NCBI GenBank assembly: GCA_016784145.1 | Contig: JADHVF010000002.1 | Location: forward strand, 9,102-73,101 | Direction of reading: 5' to 3' | DNA length: 64,000 bases | Origin: Patescibacteria group bacterium | GTDB taxonomy: Bacteria; Patescibacteriota; Patescibacteriia; UBA2591; UBA6264 | Shown: piece after piece, positions 1-9,383 of the stretch | Layout of the letters: each line of letters begins with the position of its first letter | How positions within the stretch are numbered: the stretch's first letter is position 1 | Translations under genes and position numbers: made by a program | The notes under the pieces: model-generated | Told to the model about the DNA's origin: nothing | The model's input: the letters and a program-made list of their open reading frames with translations, nothing else | Database searches by the model: none

Positions 1-353
1 CAAGGTTGCTTGGAGAAGGGATGTTAATGAAAGGAACTAGCAATAGATGGTAAAAAAAATGGTGGTCAACAAATAAGTTTTTATAGGTTGTGAATTGAAG
101 CCAGGGAAAATCCTGTATAATGCCCTGTTGTTTCATCATTAGGGCCATTTTTGTGTGGTAGAAGCTATCTGGTCCAATAATTCCAGGAGGAGTTAGAACA
201 TATAAGAAAATAATAAAACTAATGCTAAAAACTAAAAAATAGCTCAACCAAGGCCATTGTTTTATTCTTAAATTAATTTTTTTTATCATATATTGATAAC
301 TCAATAATTATTACTGTGCTTGCCAAAGCTTTGTGCAGAGAAAGGATAATTGA

Positions 354-1385
354 TTATTTTTTGAACTCTTCTATGATTTTTACTGGAGATGGGTCTATTT
401 GGTTAAGAATTGATAAATAAAAACTTGTCCAATCAATTAACAAAATAGAGCATAGTAAATTGCCTAAAAGGTTATCACTAAAATCAGGAATTATTTCATA
501 TCTTATTTCTTGCTTGGTAATTATTTTTTTGAATTTCTTTAAAGATTCTTTTTTAATTGAATTAGCCCAAATTAAAAATATAATTTCATCTTTCATTCTC
601 CTTGGCTGATTACTAGTTATTGAATTATGAAAAATTTCTGGAGCATTTTCAAAAAAACAAAACATTTTGCTGTTTTCTGCTATTTGTGTCTTCATTCTTC
701 TAGCTAGGGCAGATACTTCTTCGCTTGAAATGATTACAGGTAAATGATCAAAAATACAATAGGCAAGATGTTTGGCCATATTTTTTTCAGTTGGTATTTT
801 TATTGAAAGGGATTTATTAAAAATTGTTAGTTTAGTTAATTCTTTAGTTATATTAAGGTCTAAATTATTTATTATTTTTAATTTTTTTAGAACAGATAAA
901 ATAGGCATAAACAAATAAGGCAAAGCTGTTCTAGGCAATAATTCGGGTTTTATTTTGAAAATATCAATTTTTTTTTCGCTGGCTAATTCTTTAAGATAAC
1001 CATTATGAGTTATTATAAATATATTTGTTTTTTGTTTAAAAGCTTGTTTTGCACAGGCTATTGTTTCGGCCGTGTTGCCAGAATAACTATTGATAAAAAT
1101 TAAGTCATTAGGCCCGACAGATTTAGGAATATTAAAGGAGCGATTTATTATGATTGTTTGTTTGATTTTTGATTTTAATAAGTTATTTATTAATTCACCT
1201 CCAATCCCAGAACCGCCCATTCCACATATAAAAATATTTTTAAAATTTTTCTTTTTATATGATATTTTAATTTTTTTAGACAAATTATAGGCATCCAGCC
1301 AAGTTGCAGGCATTTTAATTAAGTCATTAATCATATTTGATTTGTCTATTTGCTTTATTTTTTTTAAGTCGTCAATAATTGTCAT
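354..1385 (-). CDS. SIS-domain sugar isomerase, bifunctional phosphoglucose/phosphomannose isomerase-like
   Basis: 343 aa. The FICGMGGSGIGGELI glycine-rich SIS phosphosugar-binding motif and overall length match archaeal/CPR-type PGI/PMI. Confidence 0.6.
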   Translation of the reverse strand: MTIIDDLKKIKQIDKSNMINDLIKMPATWLDAYNLSKKIKISYKKKNFKNIFICGMGGSGIGGELINNLLKSKIKQTIIINRSFNIPKSVGPNDLIFINSYSGNTAETIACAKQAFKQKTNIFIITHNGYLKELASEKKIDIFKIKPELLPRTALPYLFMPILSVLKKLKIINNLDLNITKELTKLTIFNKSLSIKIPTEKNMAKHLAYCIFDHLPVIISSEEVSALARRMKTQIAENSKMFCFFENAPEIFHNSITSNQPRRMKDEIIFLIWANSIKKESLKKFKKIITKQEIRYEIIPDFSDNLLGNLLCSILLIDWTSFYLSILNQIDPSPVKIIEEFKK

Positions 1386-1479
1386 GCAATAACTATATCA
1401 AATTTTTCTATTTTTAGACAATAGACAAGCAGTTATTTTTTTGCTACCATACAGGCAGATAATAAAATAAGTAATAATT

Positions 1480-2196
1480 ATGAGTGGACATTCTAAGTGG
1501 CATAAAATAAAACACGCCAAAGGAGCTAGTGATGCAAAAAAAGGTGTATTGTTTACAAAATTAGGCAATGCTATTACTGTGGCAGCCAGAGAAGGAGGTG
1601 GGGACACAGAGGCTAACTTTAAGTTAAGGTTAACCATTGAAACAGCTAAAAAAGCAAATGTGCCTAATAAAAATATTGAGAGAGCTATTAAAAGAGGAAC
1701 AGGAGATACTGGCGATAAACAAATAGAAGAAGTAATTTATGAGGCCTTTGGTCCAGCCGGAGTAAAGATAATAATTCAAGCCCTAACTGACAATAGAAAC
1801 AGAACTATAAATAGTTTAAGAACAATTTTTAAAAAATACAAAGGAGGCATGGGAGAACCAAATACAGTACGATGGATGTTTGAACAAAAGGGAGTTATTA
1901 GAGTTGATAAGGATAAGATAAAAAACATGGACGAGGTTGAATTAATGGCCATTGACTTAGATGTTCAAGACATAGCTAAACAAGAAGATGAAGTTATTTT
2001 TTATACTAGTTCTGGGGATTTAGAAAAAATTAAAAAAGAATTAGAACAAAAAGCAGAAATAGGAGATGCTAGAATAGAGTTTGTGGCCAAGGACTTAATT
2101 AAAATTGATAAATCAATCCAATTAAAAATTGATTCCCTTTTAGCAGAAATAGAAGATGACCCAGACATAAGTGATTGTTACACTAATATAGAATAA
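1480..2196 (+). CDS. yebC: YebC/PmpR family DNA-binding transcriptional regulator
   Basis: The N-terminus MSGHSKWHKIKHAKGASDAKKG...NIERAIKRGTG is the highly conserved YebC signature. 238 aa. Confidence 0.9.
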   Translation: MSGHSKWHKIKHAKGASDAKKGVLFTKLGNAITVAAREGGGDTEANFKLRLTIETAKKANVPNKNIERAIKRGTGDTGDKQIEEVIYEAFGPAGVKIIIQALTDNRNRTINSLRTIFKKYKGGMGEPNTVRWMFEQKGVIRVDKDKIKNMDEVELMAIDLDVQDIAKQEDEVIFYTSSGDLEKIKKELEQKAEIGDARIEFVAKDLIKIDKSIQLKIDSLLAEIEDDPDISDCYTNIE

Positions 2197-2199
2197 TAT

Positions 2200-2679
2200 A
2201 TGATTATACTTGGAATTGACCCAGGCATAGCCACGACAGGATATGGTCTGATTAATTTTTCCGAAGACAATAAGCTTGCTTTGGTTGATTATGGAACGAT
2301 CAAGACGCCTTCTAAAAAGGAATTTCCATTAAGATTACTTGATATATATAATGAATTAGAAGGGATAATAAAAAAATACAATCCTGACAAGATAGGAATA
2401 GAAAATATATATTTTGCTAAAAATGTTAAAACAGCTATAAATGTTGGGCAAGCAAGAGGGGTGCTTATCTTGGTTTCAGCTAGAACAAAGGCAGAAATTT
2501 TAGAGATTACTCCATTACAAGTAAAGCAAGGAATTACGGGATATGGCCAAGCATCTAAACAGCAAGTTCAGAAAATGGTCAAATTGGTTCTTGGTTTGGA
2601 CAAGGTTCCTAGACCAGATGATGCAGCCGATGCTTTGGCGATTGCAATTGTCTGTTCACAGAGAAAAACGTTCAATTAA
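2200..2679 (+). CDS. ruvC: Holliday junction resolvase RuvC
   Basis: MIILGIDPGIATTGYGL (catalytic Asp at the start). 159 aa, typical RuvC length. The C-terminus carries the acidic DDAADALAIA motif. Confidence 0.9.
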   Translation: MIILGIDPGIATTGYGLINFSEDNKLALVDYGTIKTPSKKEFPLRLLDIYNELEGIIKKYNPDKIGIENIYFAKNVKTAINVGQARGVLILVSARTKAEILEITPLQVKQGITGYGQASKQQVQKMVKLVLGLDKVPRPDDAADALAIAIVCSQRKTFN

Positions 2680-2688
2680 AAGGTATGT

Positions 2689-4161
2689 ATGGAAAAGAAA
2701 TTAAATATTATTCATTTATCTTCTGAAATATCTCCGTATTCAAAAACAGGAGGCCTGGCAGATGTTACTAGGTCGTTGCCTAGATCATTAAAGCGACTAG
2801 GACATAATGTTGCAGTAATTACGCCATATTACGGCTTTATTAGAAGAAAAAAATGGAAGGTAATTAATTTAGAACAAAAAATATCAGTAAGTTTTGCTGG
2901 TATTATTTATAAATTTGGAATTAAAAAAATCATTTGTCCGGACAAATATCCGGTTTTTTTTATTTGTCAGAATAAATTATTTGAATCTGTTGGTAGTCGC
3001 AATGTGTATAACTATTCAGATAAAGCTTTAAAGTATTTACTATTTAGTTTAGCTAGCATTGAGTTAATAAAAGTATTAAAATTAAATCCAAACATTATTC
3101 ATTGTCATGACTGGCACACTGGTTTGGTCCCAAATTATTTAAAATTAAAATATAACAAGGATTTGCTTTTTAAAAATATTCCTGTCATTTTTACAATTCA
3201 TAATTTACTATATCAAGGACCTGAGGATTGGTGGAATACACCTTTAAATAAATTGGATAATGGCCAAGGAATCCCAGCAGAAGATGAGGAAGAAATAAAA
3301 CATCTTAATTTTGTAAAAAGGGGAGTTATTTATTCTGACATTATAAATACTGTCAGCATGCGCTATGCTAAAGAAATTTTAACTCCTGAATTTGGTTGTA
3401 AGTTGGAGAAAGATTTACAAGCAAGAGAAAAAGATCTTTACGGGATTATAAATGGAGTTGATTACAATATCTTTAATCCTAAGTTTGATAAAAATATTTA
3501 TGTTAATTATGGAGCTAATTCATTACAAAACAAAACAAGTAATAAATTATATTTGCAAAAAAAATATAAATTAAAAGTTGATCCAAGTATTCCCTTAATT
3601 GGCATGGCTAACAGATTAACAGAACAAAAAGGATTTAGGTTAATAGTTAAGATTTTGGATTATTTGTTAAAATCAGATATTCAGGTAGCTATTATTGGAA
3701 GCGGAGGAAGCAGATACAAGGGTATTTTTAAAAAACAAGCAGCCAAATATCCCAAAAAATTATTATTTATTACACCCTTTAAAGAAGATGTTGGTAGAAA
3801 GGTTTATGCTGCTTCTGATATTTATTTAATGCCATCAAGGTTTGAGCCCTGTGGAATATCTCAGTTAATAAGCTTAAGGTATGGGTCAATTCCAATTGTT
3901 CACGAAGTTGGTGGACTAATGGACACCATAGTTGATTATAATCCTGAGACAGGCAAGGGAAATGGTTTTGTTTTTAATTCATATACATCAAGAGATTTAT
4001 TGTTTGCCATTGCCAGAGCTGTTGAAAATTACAAGCATAAAAAAGAGTGGAAAAAACTTGTTCGCGTTGCAATGAAGGAGTCCTATTCATGGAAAATCCC
4101 CGCACAAAAATATATTGGATTATATAGGAGGGCTATAAAACAAAGACATGAATTGGGTTAA
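2689..4161 (+). CDS. glgA: Glycogen (starch) synthase, GT5 family
   Basis: Hallmark KTGGLADV motif near the N-terminus and a GT-B C-terminal half (EPCGISQL). 490 aa. Confidence 0.85.
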   Translation: MEKKLNIIHLSSEISPYSKTGGLADVTRSLPRSLKRLGHNVAVITPYYGFIRRKKWKVINLEQKISVSFAGIIYKFGIKKIICPDKYPVFFICQNKLFESVGSRNVYNYSDKALKYLLFSLASIELIKVLKLNPNIIHCHDWHTGLVPNYLKLKYNKDLLFKNIPVIFTIHNLLYQGPEDWWNTPLNKLDNGQGIPAEDEEEIKHLNFVKRGVIYSDIINTVSMRYAKEILTPEFGCKLEKDLQAREKDLYGIINGVDYNIFNPKFDKNIYVNYGANSLQNKTSNKLYLQKKYKLKVDPSIPLIGMANRLTEQKGFRLIVKILDYLLKSDIQVAIIGSGGSRYKGIFKKQAAKYPKKLLFITPFKEDVGRKVYAASDIYLMPSRFEPCGISQLISLRYGSIPIVHEVGGLMDTIVDYNPETGKGNGFVFNSYTSRDLLFAIARAVENYKHKKEWKKLVRVAMKESYSWKIPAQKYIGLYRRAIKQRHELG

Positions 4162-5236
4162 TTTATTACATATTTATCAGCCATTTTGGCAAACTAGAGA
4201 AATTTTAGATAAGGTTGTAGAACAATCATACAAAAAGATTTTGTTTGTTTTAGAAAATAATTCAAGTACAAAAGTTAATATAAATATTTGTGCTGGACTA
4301 ACAGAACAATTGATTGTTAATGGATATGATGAGATTGTGGATAGATTAAAAAAATTAGCCATTAAGGGGCAAATTGAATTTGTTGATTCCGCTAAATATC
4401 ATCCTATTTTGCCTCTTTTGCCAACCAAGGAAATTATTAGACAAATAAAACTTAATAATAGTTTTAATAAAAAATATTTTGGAAAAACATATAATCCAAC
4501 AGGTTTTTTTCTCCCAGAATTAGCTTATAGTAAAAAAACAGCTAGAATTATCAAATCCTTGGGATATAAATGGATTATATTAGATGAAATTGCTTATAAT
4601 AATAGTTTTGGAGAGGTTTGCTTTGACCAACAATATTTTTTAAGAGATTTTTTTGATAAACAACATCAACCTTTTAAAATAATTTTTAGAAACAGAGGTC
4701 TCAGTTTGTTATTTTTTCATAAATGGCTTGATTCAGTTGAGAAATTTTGGCAAGCAGTTAATCAAGACATTCGCTCAAGTGAGTTTTTGGTTACAGCTTT
4801 TGATGGAGAAAGTTTAGGGCATCATCAGGCAATTTTGATTGATGTTTGGGAAAATATTTTAAAAGATAATAGAATTAAAACTATCTTTTTTTCAGAATAT
4901 TTAAAGCAATTGAATAATAAACAGGTAAACAAAATTGTTCCAATAAAATCTAGTTGGTCGACAGAAATTGATGATATAAAAAAAGATAGACCATATCCTT
5001 TGTGGGACAACAACCAAAACAAGTTACATCAACTGCAATGGAAAATTACTTATTTGGTTTTAAATATTGTTAAAAATTCAAGAGATAATCCAAACCATAA
5101 GCAAGCTAGGGACATGTTAGATAAGGCACTGCATTCTGACCAGTATTGGTGGGCATCTGCTAACCCTTGGTGGAGTAAAAGTCCAATCAAAAAAGGATTA
5201 AATCAGTTTGAAGAAATTATTAAATTATTAATATGA
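4148..5236 (+). CDS. Glycoside hydrolase family 57-like protein (alpha-glucan branching/processing enzyme candidate)
   Basis: An N-terminal LHIYQPF motif, a variant of GH57 motif HQHQP. It also has W..LDE and FDGESLGHH acidic motifs. A paralog follows it and it sits directly after glgA. Confidence 0.55.
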   Translation: MNWVNLLHIYQPFWQTREILDKVVEQSYKKILFVLENNSSTKVNINICAGLTEQLIVNGYDEIVDRLKKLAIKGQIEFVDSAKYHPILPLLPTKEIIRQIKLNNSFNKKYFGKTYNPTGFFLPELAYSKKTARIIKSLGYKWIILDEIAYNNSFGEVCFDQQYFLRDFFDKQHQPFKIIFRNRGLSLLFFHKWLDSVEKFWQAVNQDIRSSEFLVTAFDGESLGHHQAILIDVWENILKDNRIKTIFFSEYLKQLNNKQVNKIVPIKSSWSTEIDDIKKDRPYPLWDNNQNKLHQLQWKITYLVLNIVKNSRDNPNHKQARDMLDKALHSDQYWWASANPWWSKSPIKKGLNQFEEIIKLLI

Positions 5237-7212
5237 AATGGTCATTTTTTTTACATTTTTATCAACCATATAATCAACAAAAAGATATTTTAGAAAGAGT
5301 TGTTAACGAGAGTTATAGAAAAATTTTGTTAGGGTTGGCTAGAAATCCTAGCATGAAATTAAATCTCAATATAAATGCAGGGTTAACTGAGTTATTAGCT
5401 AAAAATGGTTATAATGATATAATTGAACAAATTAAAGATTGTGCTATTAAAGGACAAATTGAATTTGTTGGTTCAGCAAAATATCACCCCTTTTTGCCTC
5501 TTTTGCCGGTTAAAGAAATTAAAAGACAAATTGACATTAACACTAAAACAAATAAAAAATATTTTGGAAAAGTTTATAATCCAGTAGGATTTTTTTCTCC
5601 AGAAATGGCTTATAATACCAAGGTTGGCAAAGCAATTAGACAAGCAGGGTTTGATTGGGTTTTATTAGAAGAATTATCTGCTTTAGAGAAGCAAAAATTC
5701 CAAAAAATATATAAAATAAAAGATGTTAAAAATCTCAAGGTTGTTTTTAGGGACAAGAGGGCAAGTAATTTGATTTTGTCAGCAATTACTAGAAATATGG
5801 AATCTTTTATTAGTGAGTTTGGTCACGAAGAAATAAATAAAAATCGCTACCTTTTAACATTAATGGATGCAGAAACTTTTGGTCATCATCGACCAGGTTT
5901 AGAGAAATTCCTTTTTGAGATTTATGAAGATAAACAAATTAGCAAGGTTTTTATTTCTAAATTAATAAAAGAATTTTCTGTAAATGAAAAAATTAAAATT
6001 AGACCTAGTACTTGGTCTGCAGAAGAGCAAGATTTTTGGCTTAAAAAAGAAAAAAAACATTCTTTTAGTTTATGGTCTGACCCCAAAAATCCAATTCATA
6101 AGCTTCAGTGGGATTTTACTTATTTTGTGATAGAATTGGTAAATAAAGCTTCCAAAAAACAGAAGCATTACAAAAAAACAAGAATGTTATTAGACAAGGC
6201 ATTGCATTCCGACCAGTATTGGTGGGCATCTGCTAGACCTTGGTGGTCTTTAGAAATGATAGAGCAAGGAGCATTTGATTTAAAAAAGGTGGTTTTATCA
6301 ATTACAGCCATCCCTAAAAACAAGCAAGCAATAGCAGAAGATTATTATAATCAGATTTTAGGGTTGGCCTTTAAATGGCAAAGACAGGGGAAAATTCGCA
6401 ATGCTTACAGAGAGGAATATAAAACATTAAAACAAAAATCTTTTAAGAAAAGAGTTTTGGCTGGTCAATTTAATTCAATGATTTTAGAATTTGAAGACGA
6501 GATGAACAAGGCAATTAAAAATAAGGAATTTGAAAAAGCGATTAAATGGAGGGATGCCATTTATAAATTAAAAGCAGATACAGACATATTTGATGTTTTA
6601 CATGTTGTTGATGATTTGGCTAATCATAGAAACTTGCCATCATTAAAAGATTATTGGGAATATGATGTTCAAGATTTTTCAAAATTCGCAAAAGAGAATT
6701 TTGTTAGTTTTAATGAGAAAAAATTTCAAACCAAACAACCAAAACAACTTTTTGATGAAATAAAATTAGCATTTTTAAAAAAAGAAGAATCTCATCCCTT
6801 GGGCTTTTTTAGAGACAAGTATAATGTTTTTCATATTTGTGAGGTTCCATCTAATTATATCGAATATTATGTTGGTACAAAAATATGGGATGCAATGAGC
6901 TTGTTAAAGTTTAAAAAACACAAAAAATATCATAGTCAGGGGCAGTGTGATTATGAATATTTTAATAATAAACTTAAAATAACAATCAATGCTCAGAGTT
7001 TATTGAATAAATTTTTAATATTATTAAAACAAAGCGATATTAGTCAGGGTAAATATTTAAAAGTAGCTGTTTTATGTGAAAAAAATCAATATAAACCAAT
7101 ATTTTTTTCAAAAAATAAACAAAATCAACTGATTGCGATTGTTCCATATAAGTATTCATCCAAGGGAGTAGGCATAAAATATAAAATATTTAATTGGGTT
7201 TCCAAAAAATAA
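5233..7212 (+). CDS. GH57-like paralog with a ~300-aa C-terminal extension containing a UVR-like motif
   Basis: N-terminal 330 aa align to the preceding ORF (LHFYQPY, LLEE, MDAETFGHH, LHSDQYWWASARPWWS). The extension contains KEFEKAIKWRDAIYKLK, resembling the UvrB/UvrC UVR motif. Confidence 0.55.
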   Translation: MKWSFFLHFYQPYNQQKDILERVVNESYRKILLGLARNPSMKLNLNINAGLTELLAKNGYNDIIEQIKDCAIKGQIEFVGSAKYHPFLPLLPVKEIKRQIDINTKTNKKYFGKVYNPVGFFSPEMAYNTKVGKAIRQAGFDWVLLEELSALEKQKFQKIYKIKDVKNLKVVFRDKRASNLILSAITRNMESFISEFGHEEINKNRYLLTLMDAETFGHHRPGLEKFLFEIYEDKQISKVFISKLIKEFSVNEKIKIRPSTWSAEEQDFWLKKEKKHSFSLWSDPKNPIHKLQWDFTYFVIELVNKASKKQKHYKKTRMLLDKALHSDQYWWASARPWWSLEMIEQGAFDLKKVVLSITAIPKNKQAIAEDYYNQILGLAFKWQRQGKIRNAYREEYKTLKQKSFKKRVLAGQFNSMILEFEDEMNKAIKNKEFEKAIKWRDAIYKLKADTDIFDVLHVVDDLANHRNLPSLKDYWEYDVQDFSKFAKENFVSFNEKKFQTKQPKQLFDEIKLAFLKKEESHPLGFFRDKYNVFHICEVPSNYIEYYVGTKIWDAMSLLKFKKHKKYHSQGQCDYEYFNNKLKITINAQSLLNKFLILLKQSDISQGKYLKVAVLCEKNQYKPIFFSKNKQNQLIAIVPYKYSSKGVGIKYKIFNWVSKK

Positions 7213-8234
7213 TTATGATTTTTATTAAATTAAAAAATAAAATAAATATAAAGAAAACGATTAATAAAGAATATATGTTTTCTTTTTTTAAAGAAAATAA
7301 AAATAAATTTTTAAATAAGCAAGAAAAAATTTTAAAAATAAAAATTTATTTAAATAGAAATTTTATGGGCAAGTTTAGAAATATAAGCTTGGTTTATAAA
7401 ATAACAACTAATAAGCGAAATATAAGAATTAGAGCTAGAGCACATAATAATAAAGATATTCCTTTTAGGGATTATAAATCAATAAAATGGTTAAGGGATA
7501 ATAATATAAATAATGTTCCTATTCCCTTGTATTATGACAAATCATTAAATATATTTTTTTATAAAGAATCTCCAGGTCAATCTTTTGAACGATTATTTAA
7601 TGATAAAAATCCTGAAATTTATTTAGATTTTTCTCTTAAAATAGCTGATTTTTTAAGGAAAATGCATAAAATTTCTAGAAAACCAGATTTTTTGCCTATA
7701 AAGACAAGAAAACAGGATATAAAAGAAAGGAGACATTGGTTTTTTTTAACAAAAAAATGCTGTCCAAAAGTTTATCCATTTTTTAGAAAGACATTAAAAG
7801 GCCTCTGGACAGTTAATCAAAAGAATTTAAAGTTTTTTGATAATAATGAGTTTAGATTTGTTCACGGAGATGTTCATTGGGGCAATGTGATTAAAAACAA
7901 AGATGATTTTAGTGTTATTGATTTTTGTTGGGGTTCATGGGCCCACCCATTAGAAGATGTTGCTTGTTTTTTAGCTCAAAATGATTCAATGTTTCGTTAT
8001 TATATGAGTGACTTCTTGGGTTGGCGAAAGAAAATAAGAGATGTTTTTATAAAAAAATATTTTAAAAATAATTTAACCCATCAAGAGGAATTTTTGTTGA
8101 CTTATTTTGAGATTCAAAAAATATTAGAGATGGCCGCCATTCATTGCTTTGTAGAAGGAAATAAGGACAATAAAATAAATGGAGCTAATACATTGATAAC
8201 CAGGGCTAGTAAAAAATTAAAACAAATATTATAA
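7194..8234 (+). CDS. Aminoglycoside-phosphotransferase-fold (APH/CotS-like) kinase; possible sugar (maltose-type) kinase
   Basis: FVHGDVHWGNVI (catalytic loop HGDxxxxN) and VIDFCWGSWAHPLEDVA (DFxxG-like) are typical of the phosphotransferase enzyme family. It lies inside the glucan gene cluster. Confidence 0.55.
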   Translation: MGFQKIIMIFIKLKNKINIKKTINKEYMFSFFKENKNKFLNKQEKILKIKIYLNRNFMGKFRNISLVYKITTNKRNIRIRARAHNNKDIPFRDYKSIKWLRDNNINNVPIPLYYDKSLNIFFYKESPGQSFERLFNDKNPEIYLDFSLKIADFLRKMHKISRKPDFLPIKTRKQDIKERRHWFFLTKKCCPKVYPFFRKTLKGLWTVNQKNLKFFDNNEFRFVHGDVHWGNVIKNKDDFSVIDFCWGSWAHPLEDVACFLAQNDSMFRYYMSDFLGWRKKIRDVFIKKYFKNNLTHQEEFLLTYFEIQKILEMAAIHCFVEGNKDNKINGANTLITRASKKLKQIL

Positions 8235-8242
8235 TACATTAT

Positions 8243-9112
8243 ATGATTGATTTACACTTACATTCATATTATTCAGATGGAGTTTTTTCTCCAAAAGAAA
8301 TTGCAATTAAGGCCAAGCAAAATGGCCTTTCTTTTGTTTGTCTGACAGACCATAACAGCATTGACGGGCTTGAAGAGTTTGCAGTGGCTTGCCATGCAAA
8401 TAAGTTAAAATTCATTTCAGGAATAGAAATTTATAGTCATTACAAAGGCAAGCACATACATTTTTTAGGGTATAATTTTGATGTTCATAATAAGAAAATA
8501 AAATCAACTTTTAAAAACTTACAAAAAAAACATATTATTCAAATAAAAAAAACAATTAAAATTTTAAAAAACAATGGTTGGAAAATAAAAAACACAGATA
8601 TATTAGATAATAAATCTGCTTATATTGGTTCTGTTCATCTGGCTGAAGCGCTCAAAAATAATCGAGATAATTGGGAAAGGATAAAACAGGATTTTGGCTG
8701 GACAAAAGGCATGATTATTCCCATTACTGAGATTATAAATAAATATTTATTTCAAGAATACGGCAGAATTTATAAAGAAGCTGAAATACCAGTTAGGCAG
8801 GCAATCAAGTTAATTAAAACTGCTGGCGGAACAATTGTTTTGGCACACCCAGGGCAACATTTTTTTTGGCATGAAGATGATATTGTTTTAGAGTTAAAAA
8901 GCATGGGACTTGATGGCATAGAGGCAATAAGCTCACATCATTCGTGGGCTGAAATGGAGCATTGGCAAAAATTTGCCAAGCAAAACAAATTAATTATTAC
9001 AATTGGCAGTGATTTTCACGGACATGTTCCAAAAGAATGGGGGTTTGTTGTTAATAGTCCATGGGATTATTTTAAAATAACTAATCATCCAGATTTTACT
9101 AAAATATTTTAA
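8243..9112 (+). CDS. PHP-domain (polymerase/histidinol-phosphatase) metal-dependent phosphoesterase
   Basis: MIDLHLHSYYSDG...CLTDHNSIDG has the classic PHP HxH...DH motifs. The C-terminal AHPG and GSDFHG motifs are also present. Confidence 0.75.
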   Translation: MIDLHLHSYYSDGVFSPKEIAIKAKQNGLSFVCLTDHNSIDGLEEFAVACHANKLKFISGIEIYSHYKGKHIHFLGYNFDVHNKKIKSTFKNLQKKHIIQIKKTIKILKNNGWKIKNTDILDNKSAYIGSVHLAEALKNNRDNWERIKQDFGWTKGMIIPITEIINKYLFQEYGRIYKEAEIPVRQAIKLIKTAGGTIVLAHPGQHFFWHEDDIVLELKSMGLDGIEAISSHHSWAEMEHWQKFAKQNKLIITIGSDFHGHVPKEWGFVVNSPWDYFKITNHPDFTKIF

Positions 9113-9164
9113 GTGTTTTAGTTATAAAAGAGCCCTCTTTTTTGCTTAGGGCCCCTTTTTTTTT

Positions 9165-9383
9165 ACTTAGAGGCCTTGCCCCTAAGTAGAGTCACTTAGA
9201 GGCCTTGCCCCTAAGTAGAGTGCTAATCAGTAATCAGTAATTATTTACTTAGAGGCCTTGCCCCTAAGTAGAGTGCTAATCAGTAATCAGTAATTAATAT
9301 CTACTTAGAGGCCTTACCCCTAAGTAGAGTTACTTAGAGGCCTTGCCCCTAAGTAGAGTGCTAATCAGTAATCAGTAATTAAT
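9165..9383. repeat. Array of 5 copies of the 28-nt GC-rich hairpin element ACTTAGAGGCCTTGCCCCTAAGTAGAGT, three followed by a (CAGTAAT)n spacer
   Basis: The direct repeats are read from the sequence. Each copy is an imperfect inverted repeat (TACTTAGAGG / CCCCTAAGTA). It sits between convergent genes and overlaps the stop of the minus-strand CDS. Confidence 0.85.

Noticed and set aside
1-168. Possible 5'-truncated minus-strand ORF running off the left edge (…MALMMKQQGIIQDFPWLQF…)
   Set aside because: It is under 60 aa within the window, has no recognisable motif and no clear start context. There is insufficient evidence to call a gene.
9130-9160. AAAAGAG-CCC-CTCTTTT and GGGCCCC-T9 as a terminator for the PHP gene
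   Set aside because: The first is an AT-rich 7-bp stem of low stability. The second has no loop (GGGCCC is self-complementary without a spacer). It may simply be a degenerate half-copy of the hairpin repeat.
9165-9383. Possible CRISPR array (regularly spaced short palindromic repeats here and at 38586-38765)
   Set aside because: The spacers are identical to each other (GCTAATCAGTAATCAGTAATTA; the 77-nt units are identical). Repeat spacing is irregular (abutting copies), and there are no cas genes. This is a REP/MITE-like element, not CRISPR.
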